A stretch of DNA of 64,000 nt from Octopus vulgaris. Lineage: Eukaryota. Below are positions 1 through 11,770 of the stretch, piece after piece. Below the pieces are notes generated by a model. That model was not told the origin of the DNA. It made no database searches and worked only from the letters and a program-made list of their open reading frames with translations. The DNA is taken from contig OX597824.1 of NCBI GenBank assembly GCA_951406725.2, forward strand, positions 30,318,001 through 30,382,000, given 5' to 3'. The translations under genes and the position numbers were made by a program. The stretch's first letter is position 1. Every line of letters begins with the position of its first letter.

Positions 1-364
1 ACAATTGATAGAAGAGATAAAGTAAATGCAGCTGATGAGCTGATAACAACCAGATGAAATTTAATTTAGTTCCCTTTGAAATCATTCTATAAAAAGAGAT
101 CTTAGTGGTTTAAATATTCCACAGGAAGATTAAACATATAGCTATACATCATCATCATCATCATCATCGTTTAACGTCCGCTTTCTGCGCTAGCACGGGT
201 TGGACGGTTTGACCGGGTCTGGGAAGCCAGGGGCCGCTCCAGGCACCAGTCTGAATCTGGCAGAGTTTCTACGGCTGGATGCCCTTCCTAACGCCAACCA
301 CTCCGTGAGTGGATTGGGTGCTTTTTACGTGCCACCTGCACAGGGGCCGGAGGGTCCGGCATCG

Positions 365-2356
365 TCAAGATCGGTTCGAGCATTTTAACGTGTCAGCGGC
401 ACGGGGGCAACGAGGTCCGGGGTACTTTGGGGATCGGGGTACTTTGGGGATCCAGGGTACTTTCCGGGGTACTTTGGGGATCGGGGTACTTTGGGGATCC
501 AGGGTACTTTGGGGATCCGGGGTACTTAGAATGGGTAGGGGGTATGTGGAATTGCTGCAGAAAGCAGCCCAGGTCTTTGTAGTCACAGCATATCTCCAGA
601 GATCTCGGTCCTTCGCCATTGCCTCAGTGAGGCCCAATGCTCTGAGGTCATGCTTGACCACCTCATCCCATGTCTTCCTGGGTCTACCTCTCCCCCTGAT
701 ACCTTCAACTGTTTGGGAGTGGCACTTCTTCACACATCTCTCTTCATCCATCCGCAGCACATGACCATACCATCGCAAGCGTCGCTCTTGCACACCACAT
801 CTGATGCTTCTTATATCCAGCATTTCTCTCAGGATACTTACACTCTGTTTTGCGTGCACACTGACACTACACATCCAGCGGATCATGCTAGCTTCATTTC
901 TTTCAAGTCTACGCATGTCTTCTGCAGTCACAGCCCATGTTTCATTACCGTGAAGCATGGCAGTTCGCACACATGCATCATACAATCTACCTTTTGCTCT
1001 GAGGGAGAGACCTTTTGTTGCCAGTAGGGGTAGGAGCTTTCTGAACTTTGCCCAGGCTATTCGTATTCTAGTGGTGATACTCTCTGTGCATCCACCTCCG
1101 CTACTAACTTGGTCTCCCAGGTAGCGGAAACTATCAACTACTTCTAGTTTCTCTCCCTGGAGTGTGATGGAATCTGTTTTCTGAGTGTCTGTTGTGTCTA
1201 TTGTCCCTGTGCATCTGCCGCACATGAAAGCTATCTTATCTGTTAATTTCCCTTTAATGTTGCTGCACCTCTTATGTGTCCATAACTTACATTGGGTGCA
1301 TCTTATGGAGTTTCTACCTGTACCTTTCCTACAGGTTGAGCAGGGCCACCTACCCGAGGGGATGTGTGCTGAGTACCTCTTGCTGCTTACTAATACTTTG
1401 GTCTTTGCTACATTTATTCTAAGGCCCTTTGATTCCAACCCTTGCTTCCACACCCGAAATTTCTCTTCTAGTTCCGGTAGTGATTCTGCTATGAGAGCTA
1501 GGTCATCGGCATAGAGGAGCTCCCAGGGGCATCCCGTTTTGAATTCCTCTGTTATTGCCTGAAGGACTATGATGAATAAAAGGGGACTGAGGGCTGAGCC
1601 CTGGTGCACACCTACTTCTACTCGGAATTCTTCACTATATTCGTTGCCAATCCTAACCTTGCTGACAGCCTCTCTGTATAGAGCCTGTACAGCCCTTATT
1701 AGCCATTCTTCAATCTCCAGTTTCCGCATCGACCACCAGATAAGGGAACGGGGAACCCTGTCAAAGGCTTTCTCCAAGTCTACAAAAGCTATGTAGAGGG
1801 GTTTATCTTTAGCTAGGTACTTCTCCTGCAGTTGTCGGACCAGGAATATAGCATCAGTGGTGCTTCTACCTGGTACAAAACCGAACTGCATTTCATCTAA
1901 ACAAATTCTCTCCCTAATGAGTTTGGTTATGACCTTCTCTGAGACCTTCATCACCTGGTCCAACAGTTTGATACCTCTGTAGTTATTTCTATCTAGAGCA
2001 TCACCCTTACCCTTGTAGCAGTTGACTATGGTGCTGCTGCACCAGTCATTGGGTATGGCTCCATTGTGAACTACCTGGTTTACAATGCGGGTGACTATGG
2101 CATGGCCCACATAGCCAGCTGTTTTAAGCATCTCAGCAGTGATTCCTGATAGGCCAGGGGCTTTGCCTGGTTTCATATCCTTAATTGCCTTATCTACAAG
2201 GGAGCTGTCTATTCGGGTAGCTGGTCCCTCTACTGGGTCAACATTTGGCAGGCTCTCCTCCTCCCATTCATTCTCCTCATTCAGCAGTCTTTCATAATGG
2301 CTTCTCCAAGCCTCTTTCTTTTCACTAGTAGTAAAAGCAAGTGCCCCATCATCCAT
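365..2356 (-). CDS. RTE LINE reverse transcriptase (partial ORF) with an internal C4HC3 PHD-type finger
   Basis: Motifs KAPG, YRGIKLL, QFGF, FVDLEKAFD, GVHQGSALSP, LYADD, FRYLG, RLRWYGHV and RGRGRPRKTW. The Cys/His cluster CSTC..CTQC..HKRC..CGRC lies at ~1211-1348. Confidence 0.9.
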   Translation of the reverse strand: MDDGALAFTTSEKKEAWRSHYERLLNEENEWEEESLPNVDPVEGPATRIDSSLVDKAIKDMKPGKAPGLSGITAEMLKTAGYVGHAIVTRIVNQVVHNGAIPNDWCSSTIVNCYKGKGDALDRNNYRGIKLLDQVMKVSEKVITKLIRERICLDEMQFGFVPGRSTTDAIFLVRQLQEKYLAKDKPLYIAFVDLEKAFDRVPRSLIWWSMRKLEIEEWLIRAVQALYREAVSKVRIGNEYSEEFRVEVGVHQGSALSPLLFIIVLQAITEEFKTGCPWELLYADDLALIAESLPELEEKFRVWKQGLESKGLRINVAKTKVLVSSKRYSAHIPSGRWPCSTCRKGTGRNSIRCTQCKLWTHKRCSNIKGKLTDKIAFMCGRCTGTIDTTDTQKTDSITLQGEKLEVVDSFRYLGDQVSSGGGCTESITTRIRIAWAKFRKLLPLLATKGLSLRAKGRLYDACVRTAMLHGNETWAVTAEDMRRLERNEASMIRWMCSVSVHAKQSVSILREMLDIRSIRCGVQERRLRWYGHVLRMDEERCVKKCHSQTVEGIRGRGRPRKTWDEVVKHDLRALGLTEAMAKDRDLWRYAVTTKTWAAFCSNSTYPLPILSTPDPQSTLDPQSTPIPKVPRKVPWIPKVPRSPKYPGPRCPRAADTLKCSNRS
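415..526. repeat. ~18-19 bp GC-rich minisatellite (CCGGGGTACTTTGGGGAT)n, about 6 units, at the 3' end of the LINE ORF
   Basis: Tandem units read directly; they translate as STPDPQ/PKVP repeats at the ORF end. Confidence 0.9.
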
Positions 2357-3396
2357 GCGGACACATTTCTCTCCTATAACATCGCTATTTTCTCTGACAC
2401 ACTGTCTGGCAATCCGAAATACTTCAGCTCTTTGATCCTCGCGACGCTGGACATTGGCAAACTTCTTCTTTTCTGCTACATCTTTGGCAATGTATACCTG
2501 CCGCCCAGCCTCCCTTTTGGCTATCTGGTACAGTTCCCTGCTGCCCCCATCCTTCCAGGCTTTCCAGGCCCATTTAAATATATTTACAACTTATCTGTAG
2601 GCACTCTGTCTCAGGACTATAGCTAATAAATACACACACACATGTGTATGCATTTCGATTGTGACTGTGTCGTTCATGGTATAATTAAGAAGTAAGAGGA
2701 ATGTCCATGACATTTACAGCTCCTACCTGGAGGCATTACTTGCCAGAAGTAGAAGCCAACTCCCTCAAATTCCCCTTTTTTTTTAAAAAAAAAGAAGGAT
2801 ACACTAGTAATATCATCTTTGAGACATTATGCTTGAAACACATAAAAAGTTATGATGGCCACAACTGGAATGCCTTTTAATCAAAAGTCTGGCCTAGGGC
2901 TAAACAAGACAACGGCAGCAGCATAAAGATATAATGAGGGAACCTCTACATCAGTAATTCTCAACGACTTTTTACCTATGGTCCCCTTTGACAACCACTT
3001 TATTCTGGTGGACCTCCACCCCTGCCCGCCGGTCCCCAACCTTTAGCCTTTTGATGTTTAAAATCTAATTTTATAGGTACTTCTTTTAAAATTCCTATTT
3101 TGATTTTCACTCATTAACTTGTGTTGGTTCAACTAAGTAAAACATTAGAGAAAGAAATCAAGCTATTTCATTTAATAAATACATCTCAGCCAAAATTTTT
3201 ACATGAATCCTCCAAAATCTTATATAGGCTCCCATTTGAGAACCATTGCTCTAGATGGTCACATAACCTGACTAGAAACAGTGTCTTAAAAAAGAATGAG
3301 GATACTGAATGTGATCTGAAAAGCAAAACAGAAAGGATGGCCATGCCAGGATGTTTTTGACCATAAAGCTCCTCAATCAAATTCAACTGGGGCTAC

Positions 3397-5295
3397 ATCA
3401 TCCTCCTCCTCCTCATCATCATCATTTAACGTCCGCTTTCCATGCTAGCATGGGTTGGACGATTTGACTGAGGACTGGTGAACCAGATGGCTGCACCAAG
3501 CTCCAATCTGATCTGGCAGAGTTTCTACAGGTGGATGCCCTTCCTAACGCCAACCACTCTGAGAGTGTAGTAGGTGCTTTTACGTGCCACTGGCACGAGA
3601 CCCAGTCAGGTGGTACTGGCAACAGCCACATTCAAATGGTGTTTTTTATGTGCCACCTGCACAGGAGCCAGTCCAGCGGCACTGGCAATGACCTCGCTCG
3701 AATGTTTTTTCATGTGCCACCGGCACAAGTGCTATAAAGGCAACGTTAGTAATGTTCACACTCAAATTGTGTTTTCTACGTGTCACCAGCATGGAAACCA
3801 ATCAGCTGCTCTGGTAACGATCACACTTGGATGCTGCTCTTAACGTTCTACTAGCACAGATGCCAGTCATCAAATTTGACTTCGATTTCACTTGCCTCAA
3901 CAGGTCTTCACAAGCATAGCTTAGTGTCCAATGAAGGAAAGGTATGCATAAGTGGGCTGGTTATATCCCTGGCATAGGCCACAGGTTATGGTCTCACTTG
4001 GCTTGCCAGGTCTTCTCAAGCACAGGATTTTTCAAAAGGTCTCAGTCACTAGCCATTGCCTCGATGAGGCCTAATGTTCGAAGGTCGTGCTTCACCACCT
4101 CATCCCAGGTCTTCCTGGGTCTACCTTTTCCACAGGTTCCCTCAACTGCTAGGGTGTGGCACTTTTTCTCACAGCTTTCCTCATCCATTCTCACCACATG
4201 ACCATACCAGCACAGTAATCTCTCTTGCACACCACATCTGATGCTTCTTAGGTCCAACTTTTCTCTCAAGGTACTTACACTCTATCGAGTATGCACACTG
4301 ACGTTACACATCCATCGGAGTATACTGGCTTCATTTCTTGCAAGCTTATGCATAACCTCAGCAGTCACAGCCCATGTTTTGCTGCCATGTAGCATGGCTG
4401 TTCGTATACATGTGTCATACAGTCTACCTTTTACTCTGAGTGAGAGGCCTTTTGTCACCAGCAGTGGTAAGAGCTCTCTGAATTTTGCCCAGGCTATTCT
4501 TATTCTAGCAGCTACACTTTCAGTGCACCCTTCCCTGCTACTGACTTGGTCACCTAGGTAACAGAAGCTATCAACTACTTCTAGTTTTTCTCCCTGGAAT
4601 GTGGTGGAAGTTGTTCTCTGCACATTTTCAGTGTTTATTGCTCCTGAGCATCTGCCACATACAAAAACTTTCTTCCCAATTAGCCTTCCTTTGATATTGT
4701 TGCACCTCTTATGTGTCCATAGCTTACACTGGGTATATCTTATAGAGTCTATACCTAAGCCTTTTCTACAGATCGAGCAGGGCCATCTACAAGAAGGGAT
4801 TTGTGGTTTGTCTGCCTTCCTTCTTATTAGGACTTTGGTTTTAGCTAGGTTGACTCTAAGGCCCTTCGATTCTAATTCTTGCTTCCAAACCTGAAACTTC
4901 ACCTCTAGTTCTGACTCTGCAATTAGAGCAAGGTCGTCAGCAGAGAGGAGCTCTGTAATTAATTGTATCTAAAGCATCACCTTTACCTTTGTAGCATATG
5001 TCTATGGTGCTGCTACACCAGTCATTGGGTATGACTCCTTCGTGTATCACCTGGTTAACTATACGGGTGACTAGGCTATAACCGACACTACCACATATTT
5101 TGAGCATCTCTGCAGAGATTCCTAATGGGCCAGGGGCTTTCCCTGTCTTCATACTCTTAATTGATTTATCTACCAAGGTACTGTCAACTCAGATAGCTGG
5201 TCCCTCTGTGGGGTCGACATTTGGCAGACTCTCTTTCTCACATTCATTTTCTTTATTGAGCAACCTTTCATAGTGGCCTCTCCAAACCTCTCTCT
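3397..5295 (-). mobile_element. RTE LINE, truncated and degenerate
   Basis: ORF fragments 4042..4269, 4282..4902 and 4937..5176 are homologous to the RT above. There is an internal deletion near 4930-4960 and a (GAT/GAG)n tail at ~3397-3425. Confidence 0.9.
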
Positions 5296-5540
5296 GGCAT
5301 TAGGAAGGACACCCAGCTATAGAAACCATACCAAATCAGACTCCAGTTTGATTTGGTGCAGTTCCTCCACTTGTCAGCTCACATCAAGCTATCCAATCCA
5401 TGCCAGCATGGAAAACAGATGTTAAATGATGATGATGATGATGATGATGATGTATATACATATATAGATATAGATATATGACAGAGAAATTTTGATAACT
5501 ACGTTTATCTGGAAAGAGATAAAATATAACATTAATCTAC

Positions 5541-5669
5541 CTGTTCTTGTTTAGCAAGGTCTATGTCAATTTCTCTAGGTTCTATGGTCTCTTGAAGTTC
5601 GCTGATCATTTTGGGTGGAGCAGATGTTGAAGCAACTTGAAAATTTTTACATATCTTACAAACAGAGCT
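5541..5669 (-). CDS. BTB-BACK gene, repeat exon R8 (5'-truncated module with candidate new acceptor): SSVCKICKNFQVASTSAPPKMISELQETIEPREIDIDLAKQEQ
   Basis: Homologous to R6/R7. Acceptor ttcaattttgtag|AGC, donor CAG|gtagat, 129 nt, phase 0/0, no stop. Confidence 0.6.
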
Positions 5670-6497
5670 CTACAAAATTGAACAACACAGTCATAACCAG
5701 TTTGTGTGTATGTTTAAGTGATATATTCAACACAGATGAACAGTAGTTTACAGCTACTTGTGAAAAATGAGACAAGTGAAAATTTATAGAAGAGATAAAG
5801 TTAATACAGTTGATGAGCTGGTAACAACCAGGTGAAATTTAGCTGAGTTCCTTTTGAAATCATTCTAAGAAAAGAGATCTTGGTGGTTTAAATATTCCAC
5901 AGTAAGGTTAAATATATGGTTATGCTTGTAAATATATTTACAACTTATCTGCAGGCACTCTGTCTCAGGATTATTGCTAACAAATACAGACACACACACG
6001 TGTGTGTGCACATTAGGATTGTGACTGTGTAGTTCATGATATAGTGAGGAAGTAAGCAGTGTCTCCATGACATTTACAGCTCCTACCTGGAGGCATTACT
6101 TGCCAGAAGTAGAAGCCAACTCCCTCAAATTACACATTTTCTTTTTTTAAAAAAAAGGATACACTAGTAATATCATCTTTGAGACATTATGCCTGAAACA
6201 CATAGAAAGGTGTGATAGCCACAACCGGAATGCCTTTTAATCAAAGTTTGCATGACCAGAACTGGCCTAGAGCTAAACAACAACAATAACAACAGCAGTT
6301 GCATAAAGATATAATGAGGGAACCTCTACATCAGTAATTCTCAACCACTTCTCACCTATGGTCCCCTTTGATTACTACTTTATTCTGGTGGACCTCCACC
6401 TCTGCTTGCTGGTCCCCCACCCCATAGCCTTTTGATGTTTAAAAGCTAATTTTATAGGTACTTCTTTCAAAATTCATAGTTTGATTTTCACACATTA

Positions 6498-9133
6498 GTG
6501 ACTTTATACTCATGGCCAGAAGGATGCCAAGAAGCAGACTAATGTAAAAAAGAAGGGTTTGGAAGCTAAAGAACCCTTCATGTGTTCAAATATTTAGGGA
6601 CATCTTCATTGAGAAATTTGATGAGAAGGAAGAGGAACTACAGACTTTGGACATACAGGGTAACTGAAAATTCCTACAGGATAGCTTACTGAGCGACCCA
6701 GACCAAATCTGTGGCTGGTGCAAAGTCCCTTCCAGACCTAGAGTAATGTGGTGGTGGAATAATACAGTAGACAAGGCCTTTAGAGCAAAGAAACAGGCCT
6801 GGAAAGCCTGGAAGAGTTGGGGTAGCAGGTAACTCTACCAGATAGCCAGAAGAGAGGCTGAGAAACAGGTATACATAACAAGAGAAAAGCAGAAAAGAAG
6901 AAGTTTGCCAAAGTTCAACGATGTGAGGACCAAAGAACTGAAGTATTTCGGATTGCAAGACAGTGCGTGAGCGAAAATTGTGATGTCACAGGAGAGAAAT
7001 GTGTCCGCATGGATGATGGTGCACTTGTTTTTAATGATTCTGCAAAGAAAGAGGCTTGGAGAAGCCATTATGAAAGGTTGCTAATGTGGAGAATGAATGG
7101 GAGGAGGAGAGCCTGCCAAATGTTGACCCGGTAGAGAGTCCAGCTACCCGAATAGAGAGCACCCTGGTAAATAAAGCAATTAAGGATATGAAGTCAGGAA
7201 AAGCCTCCAGTCTATCAGGAATCACTGCTGAGATGCTTAAAATATCAAGTGGTGTTATGGCTTAGTCGCCCATATTGTAAACCAGGTAGTTCACAAAGGA
7301 GTCATACCCAATGACTGGAGTAGCAGCACCATAATCAACTGCTACAAAGGTAAAGGTGATGCCTTAGACAGAAATAACTACAGGGGTGTCAAACTACTGG
7401 ATCAGGTGGTGAAGGTCATGGAGAGGGTCATAGCCCAACTAATTAGGGAGAGAGTCTGCTTAGATGAGACACAGTTTGGTTTTGTGCCAGGTAGAAGCAC
7501 CACTGATGCTATACTCCTGGTTCAGCAACTGCAGGAGAAATACCTAGCCAAAGATAAACCCCTTTACTTGACTTTTGTTGACTTGGAGAAAGCCTTTGAC
7601 AGAGTCCTCCGATCCCTTATCTGGGGGGCAATGTGGAAACTGGGGATTGACAAGTGGTTAATAAAAGCTGTACAGGTCCTGTACAGGGATGCCATTAGTA
7701 AGGTAAGAGTCGGCAATGAGTATTATGAAGAATTCTGGGTAGAAGTAGGGGTTAACCAAGGATCAGCCCCCAGCCCCCTCTTATTCATCATAGTCTTCCA
7801 GGCAATAACAGAGGAATTCAAGACAGGTTGCCCCTGGGTGCTCCTCTACACTAATGACCTTGCTCTCATAGCAGAATCACTACCAGAACTAGAGAAGAAA
7901 TTTCAGGTGTGGAAGCAAAGTTTAGAATCGAAGGGCCTAAGAGTCAGTGTTGCAAAAGCCAAAGTCCTAATAAGTAGGAAGGCAAACACATTACAAACCC
8001 CTTCAGGCTGATGGCCCTACTCGATCTGCAGAAAAGGTGTAGCTAGAAACTCCATAAGATGTATCCATTATAAGCATAAGAGGTGCAGCAACAGTTAACC
8101 AGGAAGATAGCTTTTGTGTAGGGCAGATGCACAGGGGCAATAAACACTGCAGATGCTCAGAAAACTGATTCCATCACATGCCAGGAGGAGAAACTAGAAG
8201 TAGTTGATAACTTCTGCTACCTAGGTGACCAAGTTAGTAGTGGGGGTGGATGCTCAGAGAGTGTTGCCACTAGTATAAGATTAGCAAAAGTTCAGAAAGC
8301 TCCTACCACTACTGGTGACAAAGGGCCTCTCACTTAGAGATTGTATGATGCAGGTGTGCGACAGTGAAACATGGGCTGTGACTGCTGAAGACATGCGTAG
8401 GCTTGAAAGTAATGAAGCTAGTGTGATCTGCTAGATGTGTAAAGTCAGTGTACACACACTATAGAGCGTAAGCACCCTGAGAGAAATGTTAGACATAAGA
8501 AGCATCAGATGTGGTGTGCAAGAGAGACGACTGTGCTAGTATGGTCATGTACTGTGTATGGATGAGGAGAACTGTGTGAAGAAGTGTCACTCCCTAACAG
8601 TGGAAGGAACCCGGGGTACAGGGAGACACAGGAAGACATGGGATGAAGCATGACCTTCGAACAGTGGGTCTCACAGAGGCAATGATGAGAGACCGAGACC
8701 TCTGGAGATAGGCTGTGATTAAGCAGACCCAGCAAGTAAAGTGAGATGACAGCCATAGCCTACACTAGTTTTGCACAACCAGCCCATTTAAAAAGTACCT
8801 TTGAATCGTCAGATGACATTCCGCACTTGAGGAGACCTATTGAGTCAAGTAAAATCAAAATCAAAATTGAATTCAAATCAAATCACAATCAAATGAAAAT
8901 TGTAGTTGCGGCTAATGCCAGTGCCGCCTGACTGGCTCCTGTGCCGGTCGCATGTAAAAGGCACCCACTACACTCTCGGGGTGGTTGGTGTTAGGAAGGG
9001 CATCCAGCTGTAGAAACACTGCCAAATCAGATTGGAGCCTGGTGCAGCCCCCTGGCTTGCCAGTCCCCTGCCAAACCGTCCAACTCATGCCAGCATGGAA
9101 AACAGATGTTAAACGATGATGATGATGATGATG
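6498..9133 (+). mobile_element. RTE LINE, 5'-truncated, frameshifted
   Basis: RT fragment 7406..8011 (QFGFVPG, FVDLEKAFD, QGS), 3' UTR and (GAT)n tail at ~9115-9133. The empty site is in copy A at ~3116. Confidence 0.92.
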
Positions 9134-9640
9134 AACTTGTGTTGGTTCAACTAAGTAAAACATTAGAGAAAGAAATCAAGCTGTTTCACGTAATAAATAC
9201 ATCTCAGCCAAAATCTTTTCATGAATCCCCAAAAATCTTATATAGGCTCCCATTTGAGAACCATTGCTTTAGATGGTCACATAACCTGACTAGAAACAGT
9301 GTCTTAAAAAAGAATGAGGATACTGAATGTGATCTGAAAAGGAAAATAGAAAGGATGGCCATGCCAGGATGTTTTTAACCGTAAATCTCCTCAATCAAAT
9401 TCAACTAGGGCTACACAAGATCATATATATATATATATATAGTGGCTGGCGTTAGGAAGAGCATCGAGCTGTAGAAACCATACCAAACCAGACTCCAGTT
9501 TGATTTGGTGCAGCTTCTCAGCTTTCCAGTTAACATCAAGCTATCCAATCCATGCCAGCATGGATAATGGATGTTAAATGATGATGATGATGATGTTGAT
9601 GATGATGGTGATGATGATGATGATGATATATACACACATA

Positions 9641-9686
<46 letters not shown>

Positions 9687-10289
9687 TATCTATATATATA
9701 TATACACTATCAGCTAAGCCTAATTTCATCCGGCTGGTTTTGATGATGTGGCTGTAAAACCTGCTCTGTGTAAGCATTCAACTTGTTTGGGCACGCTTAT
9801 ATTAAAGAATAATTTTAGAATGACTTCTGTCAAAATGCTAAAAATAACTGACCAACAAAAAAAACAACCAAGATTCAACCAAATCAAAAAATAAACCCAA
9901 ATACTAAGCAGACAAAGATGAACCATCCCACTTCCATTCCGCGTGGACATGCATACACACACACATTCACATAGCCCCTTTTACATACACACACATATAT
10001 TCACACAGAGTTGAAACGCTGTTTGATTTATTTTTTCAGCATACAGTTTTCATCATCCCACTACCAAGTATGACATCACCCCTTCCTTTCTCATTCATAA
10101 ACACAAGAGTATTATAATAGTAGATTACCTTGGTAACCATGGAAGCTATGACAAAAATACAAAGCCCACCATCACCACTGGATCATTCTACCCATCTGTA
10201 TAATTTTTCGCACAATTCCACCCAGCCGTTTGACCGTGAATCCGAAGACAAGAAAGAATCATCCATGTCAAATTTATATGTATAGATAT

Positions 10290-11470
10290 ACTAGCTTAAG
10301 GTGACCCACTCTACGTATGGGTGAGGGTGTGGTTATTACTTTCTGTTGCTTCCTTTCTGTTTCTTATCGCCACATTCTCCCTCTTTGTTTCTCTCTCCTT
10401 TCTCTCTCACATTCCCACTCTCTTACTCTTCCTTTCTCTCGGACTCTCCCTCGCTTTCTCTTACTCTCTATCTTTCTCTATCTATCTATCTATCTCCCAT
10501 TTAAAAAGAACAAAAGATCTTGAGTAAGTTGAGAAAGAAAATATTTTGAAAGATCAATCATAAATATCAGGCAGTGACAACGAAAAAGTCTGTTTCAAGG
10601 TGGACAGCAAAACACTAACATTTAAAAGGGGCAGACAAACTTGCGAGCTGAATAAAAATAAAAAAATATTGAAAACCAAAATTTGAAGGGATAGAATCTG
10701 AGGATAGTAGACTCACTATGGCTGGGATTCAAAACTTCTAAATGACGGACAGCAACGTACTGGCAGTTTAACGGCTGGCGCAAAATTTTGAACTTGATGT
10801 AAAAGAAAATTCCCAAACACCAAGTTTTGAAGTGATTCTTTCTCACAACAGTAGACTCACCATGGCAGGCATTCAAAACTTCTTCATGACGAGCAGCAAC
10901 ACATTGATGATTTAAAGGCTGGCACAAATTTTTTAGCTTGATGTAACAGAGAATTCCTAAACACCCCCGCCTGTAAATTTTAATCCCCTTCCAGCCCCAT
11001 TTAGACCCCTTTTCACATAAAAATCCAATTTGTATCAACGTAATAATTCACCGTTCTAAAAGACCTGTGGCAGGAATATTTAATCTTTTGCAGCTGTCAA
11101 CGCTTTCTATCTATAGATACAGACAGATGTACAATGAGAGAGGTGGTGGGAGAAAGAGTGATAGAGAGACAGCGAAGCTGTCAAACGTCATTATAGAAAG
11201 TGGAGGGAATGAAGGAAAGAGAGAGATGGAGGAAGAGAGGGTAATATGTGAAAGGGAGAAATGACAAACACTTGTCAAAGTGTGGGCTTTGTTGCCCTAG
11301 TAACCACAGCTTTTGAGATAGGGATTTCTAACCTAGTCCACTCACTTCCTCGCCTCTTTTTATATGTCCCTGTAAATTTTGGATCCAATCCGACCCCATC
11401 TAATGCCCCTTAACCCATTCAAATCGCAAAATGAGACAAACAAACTTTTTGCATTTCAGCTTTATAGATA
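10290..11470 (+). mobile_element. Probable non-autonomous Helentron/DINE-1-like element with an internal ~144-bp duplication
   Basis: Starts ACTAGC after a TA-rich run with a short subterminal inverted repeat (GACCCAC..ATGGGT) and ends AAATTTTGGATCCAATCCG...CAAACAAAC...CAGCTTTATA. 10706-10821 is repeated at 10850-10965. It is absent from duplicate copy A. Confidence 0.5.
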
Positions 11471-11533
11471 TTGATGAGAGAGAGATTTTGATAACCATGT
11501 TTATCTGGATAGAGATAAAATATATTAACCTAC

Positions 11534-11695
11534 CTGTTCTTGTTTAGTAAGATCGATGTCAATTTTTCTAAGTTGCCTAGTCTCTTGGGGTTCGCTGATC
11601 ATTTTGGGTGAAGCAGATGTTGAAGTAACTTTAAAATTTTTACATATCTTACATCTTTCCATCATTCTACCAGCCATTACATAATCAACAGTATC
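11534..11695 (-). CDS. BTB-BACK gene, repeat exon R7: DTVDYVMAGRMMERCKICKNFKVTSTSASPKMISEPQETRQLRKIDIDLTKQEQ
   Basis: Acceptor tttttag|GAT, donor CAG|gtaggt, 162 nt, phase 0/0, no stop. Confidence 0.82.
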
Positions 11696-11770
11696 CTAAA
11701 AACAAACATACTTATATAAATTATCTTTAAGATGCAAATAAATTTACATGTAGATATTAGAAAAATATAA

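Larger units (their letters stand above)
147..2570 (-). mobile_element. RTE-clade non-LTR retrotransposon (LINE), 5'-truncated, young copy
   Basis: Contains an uninterrupted RT ORF (365..2356), a 3' UTR and a (GAT)n tail at 147-168. The empty site is visible in the paralogous segment at ~5915-5935. Confidence 0.93.
1..11534. repeat. Segmental tandem duplication of an exon+intron unit (copy A ~1-5660, copy B ~5780-11700), each interrupted by different TE insertions
   Basis: 1-146 aligns with 5780-5925; 2571-3116 with 5926-6496; 3117-3396 with 9134-9414; 5296-5452 with 9447-9630; 5480-5540 with 11475-11533. Confidence 0.9.

Noticed and set aside
650-1796. Plus-strand ORFs overlapping the LINE (650..1027, 1185..1514, 1569..1796)
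   Set aside because: These are antisense shadows of the RT reading frame.
3121-3360. Duplicated plus-strand ORF MLVQLSKTLEKEIK... (also 9106..9378)
   Set aside because: It is intronic sequence of the duplicated unit, with no ATG context or splice support. In copy B it begins in a LINE (GAT)n tail, and the similarity is explained by the duplication.
9411-9777. ORFs rich in YI/IY/HT/SS (also around 16574-17161, 17896-18706, 48672-49052)
   Set aside because: These are translations of (TA)n, (CA)n and (GAT)n microsatellites.
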